Part shown: positions 1 to 7,222 of the stretch, piece by piece | How the letters are laid out: every line of letters starts with the position of its first letter | How positions within the stretch are numbered: the stretch's first letter is position 1 | Source of the DNA: Candidatus Saccharimonadota bacterium | GTDB taxonomy: Bacteria; Patescibacteriota; Saccharimonadia; Saccharimonadales; Saccharimonadaceae | Reading direction: 5' to 3' | DNA: 32,000 nt | Assembly (NCBI GenBank): GCA_032154105.1 | Contig: JALDYI010000003.1 | Coordinates: forward strand, 52,520 to 84,519 | Notes under the pieces: generated by a model | The model's database searches: none | What the model saw: the letters and a program-made list of their open reading frames with translations, nothing else | What the model was told of the DNA's origin: nothing | Made by a program: the position numbers and the translations under genes

Positions 1-186
1 CGACAAAGTCGGTGTCGGTGACGGGGTTGCCACCTGTACCGCTGAGGCTTTCGTCTCAGGCTGGATCGATTCCGTCGTCATATCAAGACCAATAAACGAC
101 GCAACAAACAATACAACCGCACCAAGAGGTACGATTGCGTCAATAGAAGTACGGCGATCCCTTCTGGGACGCTTTGCTTCTGACAT
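1..186 (-). CDS. Hypothetical membrane-anchored protein, N-terminal fragment (gene runs off the window start)
   Basis: Absent from the ORF track because it is open-ended. The reverse strand has ATG at 186..184, with GGAGG (rc of 195-199) 8 nt upstream. It translates as MSEAKRPRRDRRTSIDAIVPLGAVVLFVASFIGLDMTTES..., a basic N-terminus followed by one hydrophobic helix, and stays open for all 62 codons to position 1. Confidence 0.45.
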   Translation of the reverse strand, partial: MSEAKRPRRDRRTSIDAIVPLGAVVLFVASFIGLDMTTESIQPETKASAVQVATPSPTPTLS

Positions 187-278
187 AATACATACCTCCC
201 GGTAAATAGACTATGATTGGAAGAGCAAAATGTCGCAGTGCGACCTGACCATAGTATATCATATTTTTAGCTTTACGT

Positions 279-1004
279 CTACTTGATGCGCCGTAGCAGA
301 TAAAAGCGCTCCTGGTTGCCCTTGGCACCCGCCACGTCACTGTCACGCTTGTCAACTACTGTAAAATATAATTTCGCCCACGCTTCAAAATCCTTCAGAA
401 TTTGACGTCGGATCGAATCATTTTTGATAATTCCTTTATTCGTCTGATTCTTGCCTGCCTCAAATTGTGGCTTGAGCATGATCGCAAACTGAGTCGCCTG
501 AGTACAAAGATAGTTCACAAGGTGTGGCAATATCTCGCGAACACTAATAAATGACACATCCATGACGATAACATCTGGCTTGTCGCCCTCGATATAAAAA
601 TCGCGAATATCAGTTTTCTCATGAAGCTTGATCCGTGGATGACCTTTCAGGCTTGGATGGAGCTGATCGGTACCAACATCAACCGCATAGACAAGCTTCG
701 CCCCAGAGCGTAGTGCATAGTCCGTAAAGCCACCAGTGCTACTGCCAACATCGAGTACGACCTTATCTTTGAAGTCGAGCTTCAAGATATCCGACACGCT
801 CGCAAGCTTAAGCCCAGCCCGGCTCACATACTGCTGATCGGCCATGAGCTTAATAGCACTATCGTCACGAACAAAATGACCAGGCTTGGTCACCACCTTG
901 CCATCGACCGTTACCTTGCCAAGCTTAACCCAGCTTTCCGACTGTGAACGGCTGCTCGTGAGGCCCCTTTTTGTTAACTCGATATCAAGTCGCTGTTTTG
1001 TCAT
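279..1004 (-). CDS. tlyA: TlyA-family rRNA 2'-O-ribose methyltransferase (S4 RNA-binding domain plus FtsJ-like SAM methyltransferase)
   Basis: S4-like N-terminus RLDIELTKRGLTSSRSQSESWVKLGKVTVDGK. SAM-binding motif VLDVGSSTGGFTDYAL. I trimmed track ORF 279..1055 to the ATG at 1004 (MTKQRLD), which overlaps the upstream gene's stop as ATGA (1001-1004). Confidence 0.85.
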   Translation of the reverse strand: MTKQRLDIELTKRGLTSSRSQSESWVKLGKVTVDGKVVTKPGHFVRDDSAIKLMADQQYVSRAGLKLASVSDILKLDFKDKVVLDVGSSTGGFTDYALRSGAKLVYAVDVGTDQLHPSLKGHPRIKLHEKTDIRDFYIEGDKPDVIVMDVSFISVREILPHLVNYLCTQATQFAIMLKPQFEAGKNQTNKGIIKNDSIRRQILKDFEAWAKLYFTVVDKRDSDVAGAKGNQERFYLLRRIK

Positions 1005-2728
1005 GGGTACATAATTCCTTCTACATCTCGGGTAATCTGCGCGATATTCTCCCATGAGCTGCCTTTTGTTAATATCGTCATTGCGTAGGTTCCTTTTGGA
1101 TGGTGGACAATACCTGTGTCATTGAGGTAGTCCCACAAAAAACCAACCTTGTCTTGCACCGTACCTTTACTACCAGCCGGAATGCCTCGTCGATAGATTT
1201 GCCGACTCATCTTATCGAGCAAATTTGATCGATCATCGCCGCTGAGCAATGAACCGTTGTGAATGCCGATCATTAGACGGTTAAGATCGGCAGCCGAGGT
1301 CTGCGTGGCGGTAGGATTGGTAAATGTCGTAGCCCGGCTAATGCCACGGGCATATAAAAAGTTGTTGATATTTGTACGACCAAATTTCTTGAGCAACTCC
1401 TCGGCGCACTCATTGGCTGATACAACGATAGTCTTCTCCAGGCAGGCTGCCATGTCATAGCCTAAAATTGGGTCATTCCAATGCACTTCACCACTGCGGA
1501 TTTTATCGAATAATACAAGCGACAAGAGCACCTTGTAGGTGCTAGCCGACACTGTTCCCTCGTCTGCTCGTGCACCAACAGACCATCCACTGCCATCAAG
1601 TTGGGTAATCGCGATGCGCGTATTTGAGCTCTTACCAACATAGTCGACGTACGCCTGTAGTCCGGCGCGTGACGATGAATAGCTTCGATCAAAACTCACC
1701 GGTGGCGTCACCGGATTCATGACGAGTTTGATTGTGGCCGAACTCGGCGTGCCCGCAACGGCCGCCTTCAATGCATCGGCAAGCTTCGCTTGATCTACAC
1801 CTAGGCCACTAGCGGCGGTCGTGCGACCCACCTCAACTCCGTCTGTAAGCCTTGCCTTGACAGTACCAGGCTTAACGTCCACCTGGCCAGCAATACGAGA
1901 TGCATACGCCGCAACCGCCTCGTCTTTAATAATCAGCACCACCTTGCCCGCATCATCTATATCGGTCGAAAGCCACTTCGCAATATCGATCGGCTCAACA
2001 GCTATGCTCTTGTCGTTGCGGTCTTTCAGAGTGAGCTTATGTGCGATATAGCCCTCTGCCTGCGTGCGGACCGGTTCAATGTCTTTCATGCCCCGTTTCG
2101 GAGCGGTGGCTGCCACTTGCAGCTGAAGTGTCGTCTGCTTTCCAGTAAATGGAGTATACTGCATGCGTTCTCGGACGATATCTGCCGTAACCACACGGCC
2201 ATCATGCGACTCTGTTACGACAAGCTTGCCATCAGTAATAGTGAGTGCAGCATCTACCGGAGCTACTGTTATCTGCGAAGCTACCTTCTCGGCGTATTGC
2301 TTCAGCTGGTCCTGATTGAAATCAACCTGAAGATGACTAATATCCGGCTGACGAAATAAGATTGAAAATGGAATGAAACGCTGCCACAACGGATACTCAA
2401 TAGCTTCATTCACCATAAGATCACTCTTTAGCTCAGCGCCGGCTTCGGCAAGTGGCGCCGTCGTCTGTTTATCACCAGATTGCACCGTTAGCGAGGCATC
2501 TTGAAACAGTGCATGAACCTTAGCCGATAGCACTTCTTCAGTTTGCAGTGCAATCGATTCACTACCCATCCGCGCAAGTGGCAATGCCTTCGACTGCGGA
2601 TACAACAACTGCACCGCCACAACGACAACGAACACACCCGCAAGACCAATCAATAACCCTCGGCGATGCCGCTTTAGTACACTCTTAATAGTATCTAGCC
2701 ATTTCAAGTGCCTATCATTGATAACCAT
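1001..2728 (-). CDS. Membrane-anchored protein with a C-terminal class A beta-lactamase-like / PBP-like serine hydrolase domain
   Basis: One N-terminal TM helix (LLIGLAGVFVVVVAVQLL). The roughly 300-aa middle region resembles repeated peptidoglycan-binding modules (weak call). The C-terminal domain carries SxxK (SASTYK), an SDN-like SAN (VVSANECA) and a KTG-like KVG (QDKVGF) in the order expected for the class A fold. Confidence 0.6.
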   Translation of the reverse strand: MVINDRHLKWLDTIKSVLKRHRRGLLIGLAGVFVVVVAVQLLYPQSKALPLARMGSESIALQTEEVLSAKVHALFQDASLTVQSGDKQTTAPLAEAGAELKSDLMVNEAIEYPLWQRFIPFSILFRQPDISHLQVDFNQDQLKQYAEKVASQITVAPVDAALTITDGKLVVTESHDGRVVTADIVRERMQYTPFTGKQTTLQLQVAATAPKRGMKDIEPVRTQAEGYIAHKLTLKDRNDKSIAVEPIDIAKWLSTDIDDAGKVVLIIKDEAVAAYASRIAGQVDVKPGTVKARLTDGVEVGRTTAASGLGVDQAKLADALKAAVAGTPSSATIKLVMNPVTPPVSFDRSYSSSRAGLQAYVDYVGKSSNTRIAITQLDGSGWSVGARADEGTVSASTYKVLLSLVLFDKIRSGEVHWNDPILGYDMAACLEKTIVVSANECAEELLKKFGRTNINNFLYARGISRATTFTNPTATQTSAADLNRLMIGIHNGSLLSGDDRSNLLDKMSRQIYRRGIPAGSKGTVQDKVGFLWDYLNDTGIVHHPKGTYAMTILTKGSSWENIAQITRDVEGIMYP

Positions 2729-2751
2729 AGGACCTATTTTACCACTTATGA

Positions 2752-3312
2752 TTATTTTTTGCGTTCGCGGTATTCACCGGTGCTCGTATCGACGGAGATG
2801 ATGTCACCAACTTTAATAAACGCCGGTACTTTGACGGTGATGCCTGTTTCGAGCGTTGCGTCTTTGAGGACGCTACTTGTGGTATCGCCTTTTACGACAT
2901 CCTCAGAATACGTCACTTCAAGATATAGATTCTTTGGAAGCTCAACATTGATCACGCGATCGCCAAAGAACTGCAAGCTGAGCTCATCACCTTCTTTAAG
3001 GTAGCCTGATGCCGCATCAACGATATCAGCGTTAAGCTCAAACTGCTCAAATGTCGCTGGATCCATAAAGTAATAGAGGTCGCCATCAGTATATAGGTAC
3101 TGAACAGTTTTAGTACTCACTTCGGCACGCTCGATCTTATCTTGACCCTTAAAGGTCTTAGGAATCACACTGCCATCAATAAGGTTTTTTAGCTTTACGT
3201 TCACAATGCTACCGCCGCGACCCATCACCTTTTGGTTGTAGTCGGTCACGCGGTATGGCTTGCCGTCAATTTGGCAAACAACGCCCTTTTTAAGATCAGT
3301 TGGTTGGTACAT
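2752..3312 (-). CDS. efp: Translation elongation factor P
   Basis: Aligns by eye along its full length with EF-P (DGKPYRV...VKLKNL...KTFK...YLY.DG..Y.FMD..TFEQ...VKVP.F...GD.I.VDT.TGEY..R). I chose the ATG at 3312 (MYQPTDLKKG) over the track start at 3372; AAGGAAGGG lies upstream. Confidence 0.95.
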   Translation of the reverse strand: MYQPTDLKKGVVCQIDGKPYRVTDYNQKVMGRGGSIVNVKLKNLIDGSVIPKTFKGQDKIERAEVSTKTVQYLYTDGDLYYFMDPATFEQFELNADIVDAASGYLKEGDELSLQFFGDRVINVELPKNLYLEVTYSEDVVKGDTTSSVLKDATLETGITVKVPAFIKVGDIISVDTSTGEYRERKK

Positions 3313-3393
3313 AGTGGAATAACCCTTCCTTAGAAATGCGACGTGACGCACATCGATTGATATGCGCCACAACGTTTTCTAACAATTTATATA

Positions 3394-3597
3394 TTAGTTA
3401 GATGTCACGAATGGCATGAGTGCCAAGTGACGAGCGCGCTTGATAGCGACAGCGAGCTGACGCTGCTGCTTTGCTGAAAGACCAGTCTTTGCAATTGGTT
3501 CAATCTGACCATACACGTTGATAAAACGCTGTAGTGTCTTTACGTCTTTGTAGTCAAAGTACGCAGGTGTATCTTTTTTGAATCGCTTAATAGCCAT
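3394..3597 (-). CDS. rpsR: 30S ribosomal protein S18
   Basis: 67 aa. Contains [13 protein letters not shown]...GQI.P...[26 protein letters not shown], the hallmark S18 sequence. AGGAGA Shine-Dalgarno upstream. Confidence 0.95.
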   Translation of the reverse strand: MAIKRFKKDTPAYFDYKDVKTLQRFINVYGQIEPIAKTGLSAKQQRQLAVAIKRARHLALMPFVTSN

Positions 3598-3619
3598 GAT
3601 ATTCTCCTAAAATTATTCC

Positions 3620-4066
3620 CTAAAAAGGAATCTCGCTTAAATCAATAGGTTTGTCGTCGATGTCTTCAATTACAACATCATCAGACTTTTTGTTCTGGCT
3701 CTGGCCAGCGTTTGAGTAGCTCGATTGTCCACCTTGAGAGTCACCGTTAGGGCCGTCGAGGAATGTTACGTCCGTTGCAACAACCTCTACCTTAGAGCGC
3801 TTCTTACCGGTTTCTTTGTCGTCCCAGCTATCTTGGCGAAGGCGACCCTGCACGAGGCAGCGACGACCTTTTGAAAGATACTGGCTAACGAGCTCACCGA
3901 GCTTTTCCCAGGCTGTCACATCAAAGAAGTCAGCCGCATCTTCTTGACCACCGCGATCAACTGCAATACTAAAGCTTGTAATTGTCTTACCGGTTGATGT
4001 TGTGCGCACTTCAGGGTCGCGAGTAAGGCGCCCCATCAAGATAACTTGATTGATTGACTTTGCCAT
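3620..4066 (-). CDS. ssb: Single-stranded DNA-binding protein
   Basis: OB-fold N-terminus MAKSINQVILMGRLTRDPEVR, a Gly/Gln-rich linker and an acidic C-terminal tip DDKPIDLSEIPF. Sits between rpsF and rpsR, the classic operon order. Confidence 0.95.
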   Translation of the reverse strand: MAKSINQVILMGRLTRDPEVRTTSTGKTITSFSIAVDRGGQEDAADFFDVTAWEKLGELVSQYLSKGRRCLVQGRLRQDSWDDKETGKKRSKVEVVATDVTFLDGPNGDSQGGQSSYSNAGQSQNKKSDDVVIEDIDDKPIDLSEIPF

Positions 4067-4071
4067 GGTTT

Positions 4072-4422
4072 CTACTCCTCTTCTTTTTCGTCGTTAGATG
4101 CAGATCGGTTCTTAGCTTCTTCAAGCGCCTTGCGGCCCTTTTCGTCAACAGTGACAAGGAGGTAACGAAGTACTTCATCGGTAATGTTAAGTGTGTTGCT
4201 AATTTTTAGGAGCGCTTCAGCTGGAAGCTTCACGTCCATGTACACGTACACGGCAAAATCTTCGCGGTTGATCTTGTAAGCAAGCTTTTTCTTGCCCCAG
4301 TTGTCTTCGCGGATGATTTCACCACCATGAGTCTTGATAAGGTCACGAACTTTCGTAAGTGGTGCCTCGATGTCGACCTCTAGGTCAGGGTGAATCAGAA
4401 CTGTTAGTTCGTATTCTTTCAT
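4072..4422 (-). CDS. rpsF: 30S ribosomal protein S6
   Basis: MKEYELTVLIHPDLE...WGKKKLAYKI with an acidic C-terminal tail (DEKEEE). AGGAGGA Shine-Dalgarno 5 nt upstream. Confidence 0.95.
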   Translation of the reverse strand: MKEYELTVLIHPDLEVDIEAPLTKVRDLIKTHGGEIIREDNWGKKKLAYKINREDFAVYVYMDVKLPAEALLKISNTLNITDEVLRYLLVTVDEKGRKALEEAKNRSASNDEKEEE

Positions 4423-4489
4423 AGATTTCCTCCTCTGGAATCCTTTTGGATGCTTATGTCGCGCATAAGCCGAGTTAATAACACCTGTA

Positions 4490-4518
4490 ATTATACTAGA
4501 TTTTACCTGTTACGTCTA
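4490..4518 (-). promoter_or_regulatory. Candidate sigma70-type promoter for rpsF-ssb-rpsR
   Basis: The reverse strand reads TAGACG (4518..4513), a 17-nt spacer, then TATAAT (4495..4490). This leaves a roughly 60-nt leader containing a 7-bp hairpin (4452-4470, gcttatg/cataagc). Confidence 0.4.
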
Positions 4519-4553
4519 GATGAGATATCGCCCTCGCCACAACGCGGTCATGC

Positions 4554-4582
4554 TTGCAATAACTATTGATATCGGTTTAAAT
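4554..4582 (+). promoter_or_regulatory. Candidate promoter for the GC-rich orphan gene
   Basis: TTGCAA (4554-4559), a 17-nt spacer, then TTAAAT (4577-4582), about 50 nt upstream of the ATG at 4632. Confidence 0.4.
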
Positions 4583-4631
4583 TATCCTCGACAACCGTCA
4601 CAATCCGCACATCGACAGAAAGTTGTTCGCA

Positions 4632-5006
4632 ATGACAACTACAGCAACGCTTGACCCTGTACTACAAGCCAATGGTCGACTGACCGTCGAGGAGTTCTAC
4701 AAATTGGCACAAACCCTCGCCCAGCGACGGAGCCCGGCAGGCTACCTATCCGCCGAGCTCACACACTGGCGTGACGGCGGCTTCGACCCTGCCGAGCTGC
4801 GAAAGGATGTTCAGGCCTCACTGGAGAGTCTGCTCCGTTCGCTCGCCCAGTGGCAACTCCGCTTCGACGGCAATTACGAGCACCTCCAGCGGACGCTGAA
4901 GCTCATCGAAGACGGCAGCGCCAAGCAGCATGGAGACGACACGGTCATTGCACGCACACTCGTAGACTGGTGCAAGAACTTCCCGGCATTCGTCGAGGAG
5001 TCCTGA
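4632..5006 (+). CDS. Hypothetical protein, predicted all-helical, with no family I recognise
   Basis: The ORF is open from TTG 4623 and the first ATG is at 4632 (MTTTATLDPVLQ...). By hand count GC is about 59% (229/386 over 4621-5006), against about 48% in a neighbouring rpsF stretch. Codons are G/C-ending. It is bounded by a promoter-like element and a GC-rich hairpin. Confidence 0.5.
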   Translation: MTTTATLDPVLQANGRLTVEEFYKLAQTLAQRRSPAGYLSAELTHWRDGGFDPAELRKDVQASLESLLRSLAQWQLRFDGNYEHLQRTLKLIEDGSAKQHGDDTVIARTLVDWCKNFPAFVEES

Positions 5007-5027
5007 GTCCGTCACCCTAGAAGTTTA

Positions 5028-5059
5028 AGAGCCCGCCTCCTTCTTGGGCGGCGGGCTCT
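5028..5059. terminator. GC-rich hairpin between convergent genes (probable terminator)
   Basis: Perfect 10-bp stem agagcccgcc (5028-5037) / ggcgggctct (5050-5059) with a 12-nt loop. It lies between the stop of the + gene (5006) and the stop of the - pilin gene (5079). Neither side has a strong U-tract. Confidence 0.55.
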
Positions 5060-5078
5060 AACTATTTACAAAGAAATT

Positions 5079-5645
5079 TTACCCAGCAAGGCCGAGTCGG
5101 ATCCAACAGTTCGTTCGGGTTGATGAAGATGACGTATAGCCGGTCGTAGAACTTATTGTGTTAGTGACACTAGCATTTGACACATTCGGGACTCCACATG
5201 GCACATTCTGTCCATCGAGCCAAAATTCAAGTCGAATTGGTGCTGGATCACCGTTATACGTCGCGGTAGATTCATAGATATATTGGACACCATAGTTCCC
5301 TCCGACTGCCGGTTGTACTTGCTGCGGCGGAGTACCGATTTTTTTCAATTCGTTCATCAACGTAGTGTTGCCACCTGTATTTGCCGTCCCGGTACTATTT
5401 GTACACAGGTTATCAAGCGTGCCACAAGAGCCAAACGTCGTCGGGTATGTTCCATATGTTGCTGTATAACCATTTATCAGCTTCATGAGTTGACTAATAG
5501 CCGAGATACGCGCGGAATTATTCGCCCGCTGCTGAATACCGTTATAGGCGACGACAGTAATTGCTGCCAAGATGCCGATTATCACAATGACGATCAATAA
5601 CTCGACGATCGTGAAACCAGCGCCTTTCTTCTTATCACCTAGCAC
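5079..5645 (-). CDS. Type IV prepilin / pseudopilin (4th in the tandem array)
   Basis: Class III signal MLGDKKKGAG|FTIVELLIVIVIIGILAAITVVAYNGIQ. The start codon is GTG at 5645 (no in-frame ATG upstream of the G|F site), and it overlaps the upstream pilin's stop by 7 nt. The C-terminal domain has Cys pairs (SCGTLDNLC; VPC...TNC) and a Ser/Thr-rich patch. Confidence 0.85.
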   Translation of the reverse strand: MLGDKKKGAGFTIVELLIVIVIIGILAAITVVAYNGIQQRANNSARISAISQLMKLINGYTATYGTYPTTFGSCGTLDNLCTNSTGTANTGGNTTLMNELKKIGTPPQQVQPAVGGNYGVQYIYESTATYNGDPAPIRLEFWLDGQNVPCGVPNVSNASVTNTISSTTGYTSSSSTRTNCWIRLGLAG

Positions 5646-6079
5646 GCCGGTTTACTCCACCATGTGACACCAGCGTTCCCCACGCCACGATGACATGCTG
5701 GTCGGGTTTCGTAGGATATTCTGATGCCATACGACCCACTACTAGCAGAACCTCGAACGTATTGGTAGTTAGTAAAGGCCGTAACTGGATCATTAGGGAT
5801 TGAATTAATATACTTTGGGACCAAGGCTGTCGAGAGATCAGAGAGATTATAGCCAACATTATCACTACCCGCTGACGGGTAGCTGTCGTTATCAGCCCGG
5901 TATAACTCAAGCGCTTTTTGGATACCAGCGATATCAGAGGTTCGCGCAGAGTCACGCGCCCGCTGCTGGATGCCGTTATAGGCCACGATTGTAATAGCGG
6001 CCAAGATACCAATTATCACAATGACTATTAGCAGCTCGACGATCGTGAATCCAGATTGCTTCTTTATGCTTCCCACCAT
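5639..6079 (-). CDS. Type IV prepilin (3rd in the tandem array)
   Basis: MVGSIKKQSG|FTIVELLIVIVIIGILAAITIVAYNGIQ. C-terminal disulfide-loop-like RPACHRGVGNAGVTWWSKPAC. AAGAGGA upstream. Confidence 0.85.
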   Translation of the reverse strand: MVGSIKKQSGFTIVELLIVIVIIGILAAITIVAYNGIQQRARDSARTSDIAGIQKALELYRADNDSYPSAGSDNVGYNLSDLSTALVPKYINSIPNDPVTAFTNYQYVRGSASSGSYGIRISYETRPACHRGVGNAGVTWWSKPAC

Positions 6080-6133
6080 ATTCCTCTTATTCTATCATCT
6101 AACTCTTTGCATTAAAAATACACTGTCACACAC

Positions 6134-6673
6134 CTAGCACCCAGGCGTAATATACGGGATCTGTACACTATTATCGGTTGCCCAGGCGCCCGTAATTGGT
6201 TGCTTGAACACACCTATGTAATCCCTGCCCGCACCACACGGCACCGATGCACCCTCTTTTTCGTTTTCATCGAGCACATACGGCCGACCCCAGGGATCAA
6301 TAAGATTATTTATATTGATATTCGATGCCGTTGAAATCGCTTGGAGAGCGGTGCGATAGTTTGTCCAGCAGCTATCGGTTGCTTGATTGAGCATGGCAAG
6401 ATCAGTTCCTGCGGGCTTATTCATACAGTTACCAGCAGTACCTGTGGAATTCGTAATGAAGCGTAACGCCTGTTCGCCGGAATTATAGCGGGCTGCCTGA
6501 ATTGCCTTGCTGAACGTCGCAAGATCACTAGCGATCTTTGTGTTCTGCGCCCGTTGCTGAATGCCGTTATAGGCAACGACAGTAATCGCCGCTAAAATAC
6601 CAATAATAACGATGACGATCAAAAGCTCTACGATCGTAAAGCCTGCCTGTCGTTTTATTCTCGCCCTAGCCAT
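6134..6673 (-). CDS. Type IV prepilin (2nd in the tandem array)
   Basis: I trimmed track ORF 6134..6949 to the ATG at 6673 (MARARIKRQAG|FTIVELLIVIVIIGILAAITVVAYNGIQ), because prepilin leaders are short and that ATG sits 4 nt after the upstream pilin's stop (6666-6668). Two Cys pairs in the C-terminal domain. Confidence 0.85.
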   Translation of the reverse strand: MARARIKRQAGFTIVELLIVIVIIGILAAITVVAYNGIQQRAQNTKIASDLATFSKAIQAARYNSGEQALRFITNSTGTAGNCMNKPAGTDLAMLNQATDSCWTNYRTALQAISTASNININNLIDPWGRPYVLDENEKEGASVPCGAGRDYIGVFKQPITGAWATDNSVQIPYITPGC

Positions 6674-7181
6674 TTGTCCATGTCCTCCATCCACTACCGT
6701 ATCCCGAACCACCACTGATGGGGGATGACCCACTGAGAGTACTTGCGCACATCGGGCCGTAATTAGCCGCGCCCGTCCAGGCGGTTGCACCAGTATACTC
6801 ACGTACGCCGCCACTGGTGGCATAAAGTCGCTTCCCCGATAGCGGTATTGCGGCAATTGAATACTCCTGTGCGGTTGAGGAAACGCAAGGCACAAGATTA
6901 AACGGTGAAGCGGCGTCGATCCAGTAAGCATCCTTATTAATACGGACATCGAGGACTGCTAAATCAGCCGTCGTACTTGGATACACGCCATTATTGGCGT
7001 AAAACAGACCAAATTGCTTAGAAAGATTGGCAAGATCACTTTGAACCGAGGCATCATTGGAGCGATTTTGGATACCATTGTAGGCGACAATTGTAATAGC
7101 AGCGAGAATGCCGATGATCACAATAACAATCAAGAGTTCAACAATCGTAAAACCTGTTTGTTTTTTGTAAATGCCCATCAT
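6666..7181 (-). CDS. Type IV prepilin (1st in the tandem array)
   Basis: The track ORF starts at TTG 7211; the first ATGs are at 7181 and 7178 (MMGIYKKQTG|FTIVELLIVIVIIGILAAITIVAYNGIQ). Gly/Ser-rich C-terminus (SGSSPISGGSGYGSGW). Confidence 0.85.
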   Translation of the reverse strand: MMGIYKKQTGFTIVELLIVIVIIGILAAITIVAYNGIQNRSNDASVQSDLANLSKQFGLFYANNGVYPSTTADLAVLDVRINKDAYWIDAASPFNLVPCVSSTAQEYSIAAIPLSGKRLYATSGGVREYTGATAWTGAANYGPMCASTLSGSSPISGGSGYGSGWRTWTNG

Positions 7182-7191
7182 ACTTATGATT

Positions 7192-7221
7192 ACTATACTA
7201 TGAGGATACAAAAAGTGACAA
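7192..7221 (-). promoter_or_regulatory. Candidate promoter of the pilin array
   Basis: The reverse strand reads TTGTCA (7221..7216), an 18-nt spacer, then TATAGT (7197..7192), followed by 10 nt to the ATG at 7181. There is no Shine-Dalgarno, so the leader would be very short or absent. The -35 element abuts the ftsK stop (7223-7225). Confidence 0.45.
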
Positions 7222-7222
7222 C

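Noticed and set aside
5635-6012. A 125-aa minus-strand ORF overlapping the third pilin gene out of frame. There are also plus-strand ORFs 5283..5600 and 7014..7226, antisense to the pilin N-termini.
   Set aside because: They are fully embedded in well-supported pilin genes. Their translations are low-complexity mirrors of the conserved hydrophobic helix codons, and they have no start context.
6674-6949. Track ORF 6134..6949 extends the second pilin by 92 aa at its N-terminus and overlaps the 3' end of the first pilin gene (6666..7211) in another frame for about 280 nt. This could be read as a large overlapping gene or a fused pilin.
   Set aside because: The extension has no signal or pilin features. 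Prepilin leaders are short, and an ATG (6673) with a typical basic leader (MARARIKRQAG|F) lies 4 nt after the upstream stop. The open upstream frame is most simply a chance absence of stop codons.
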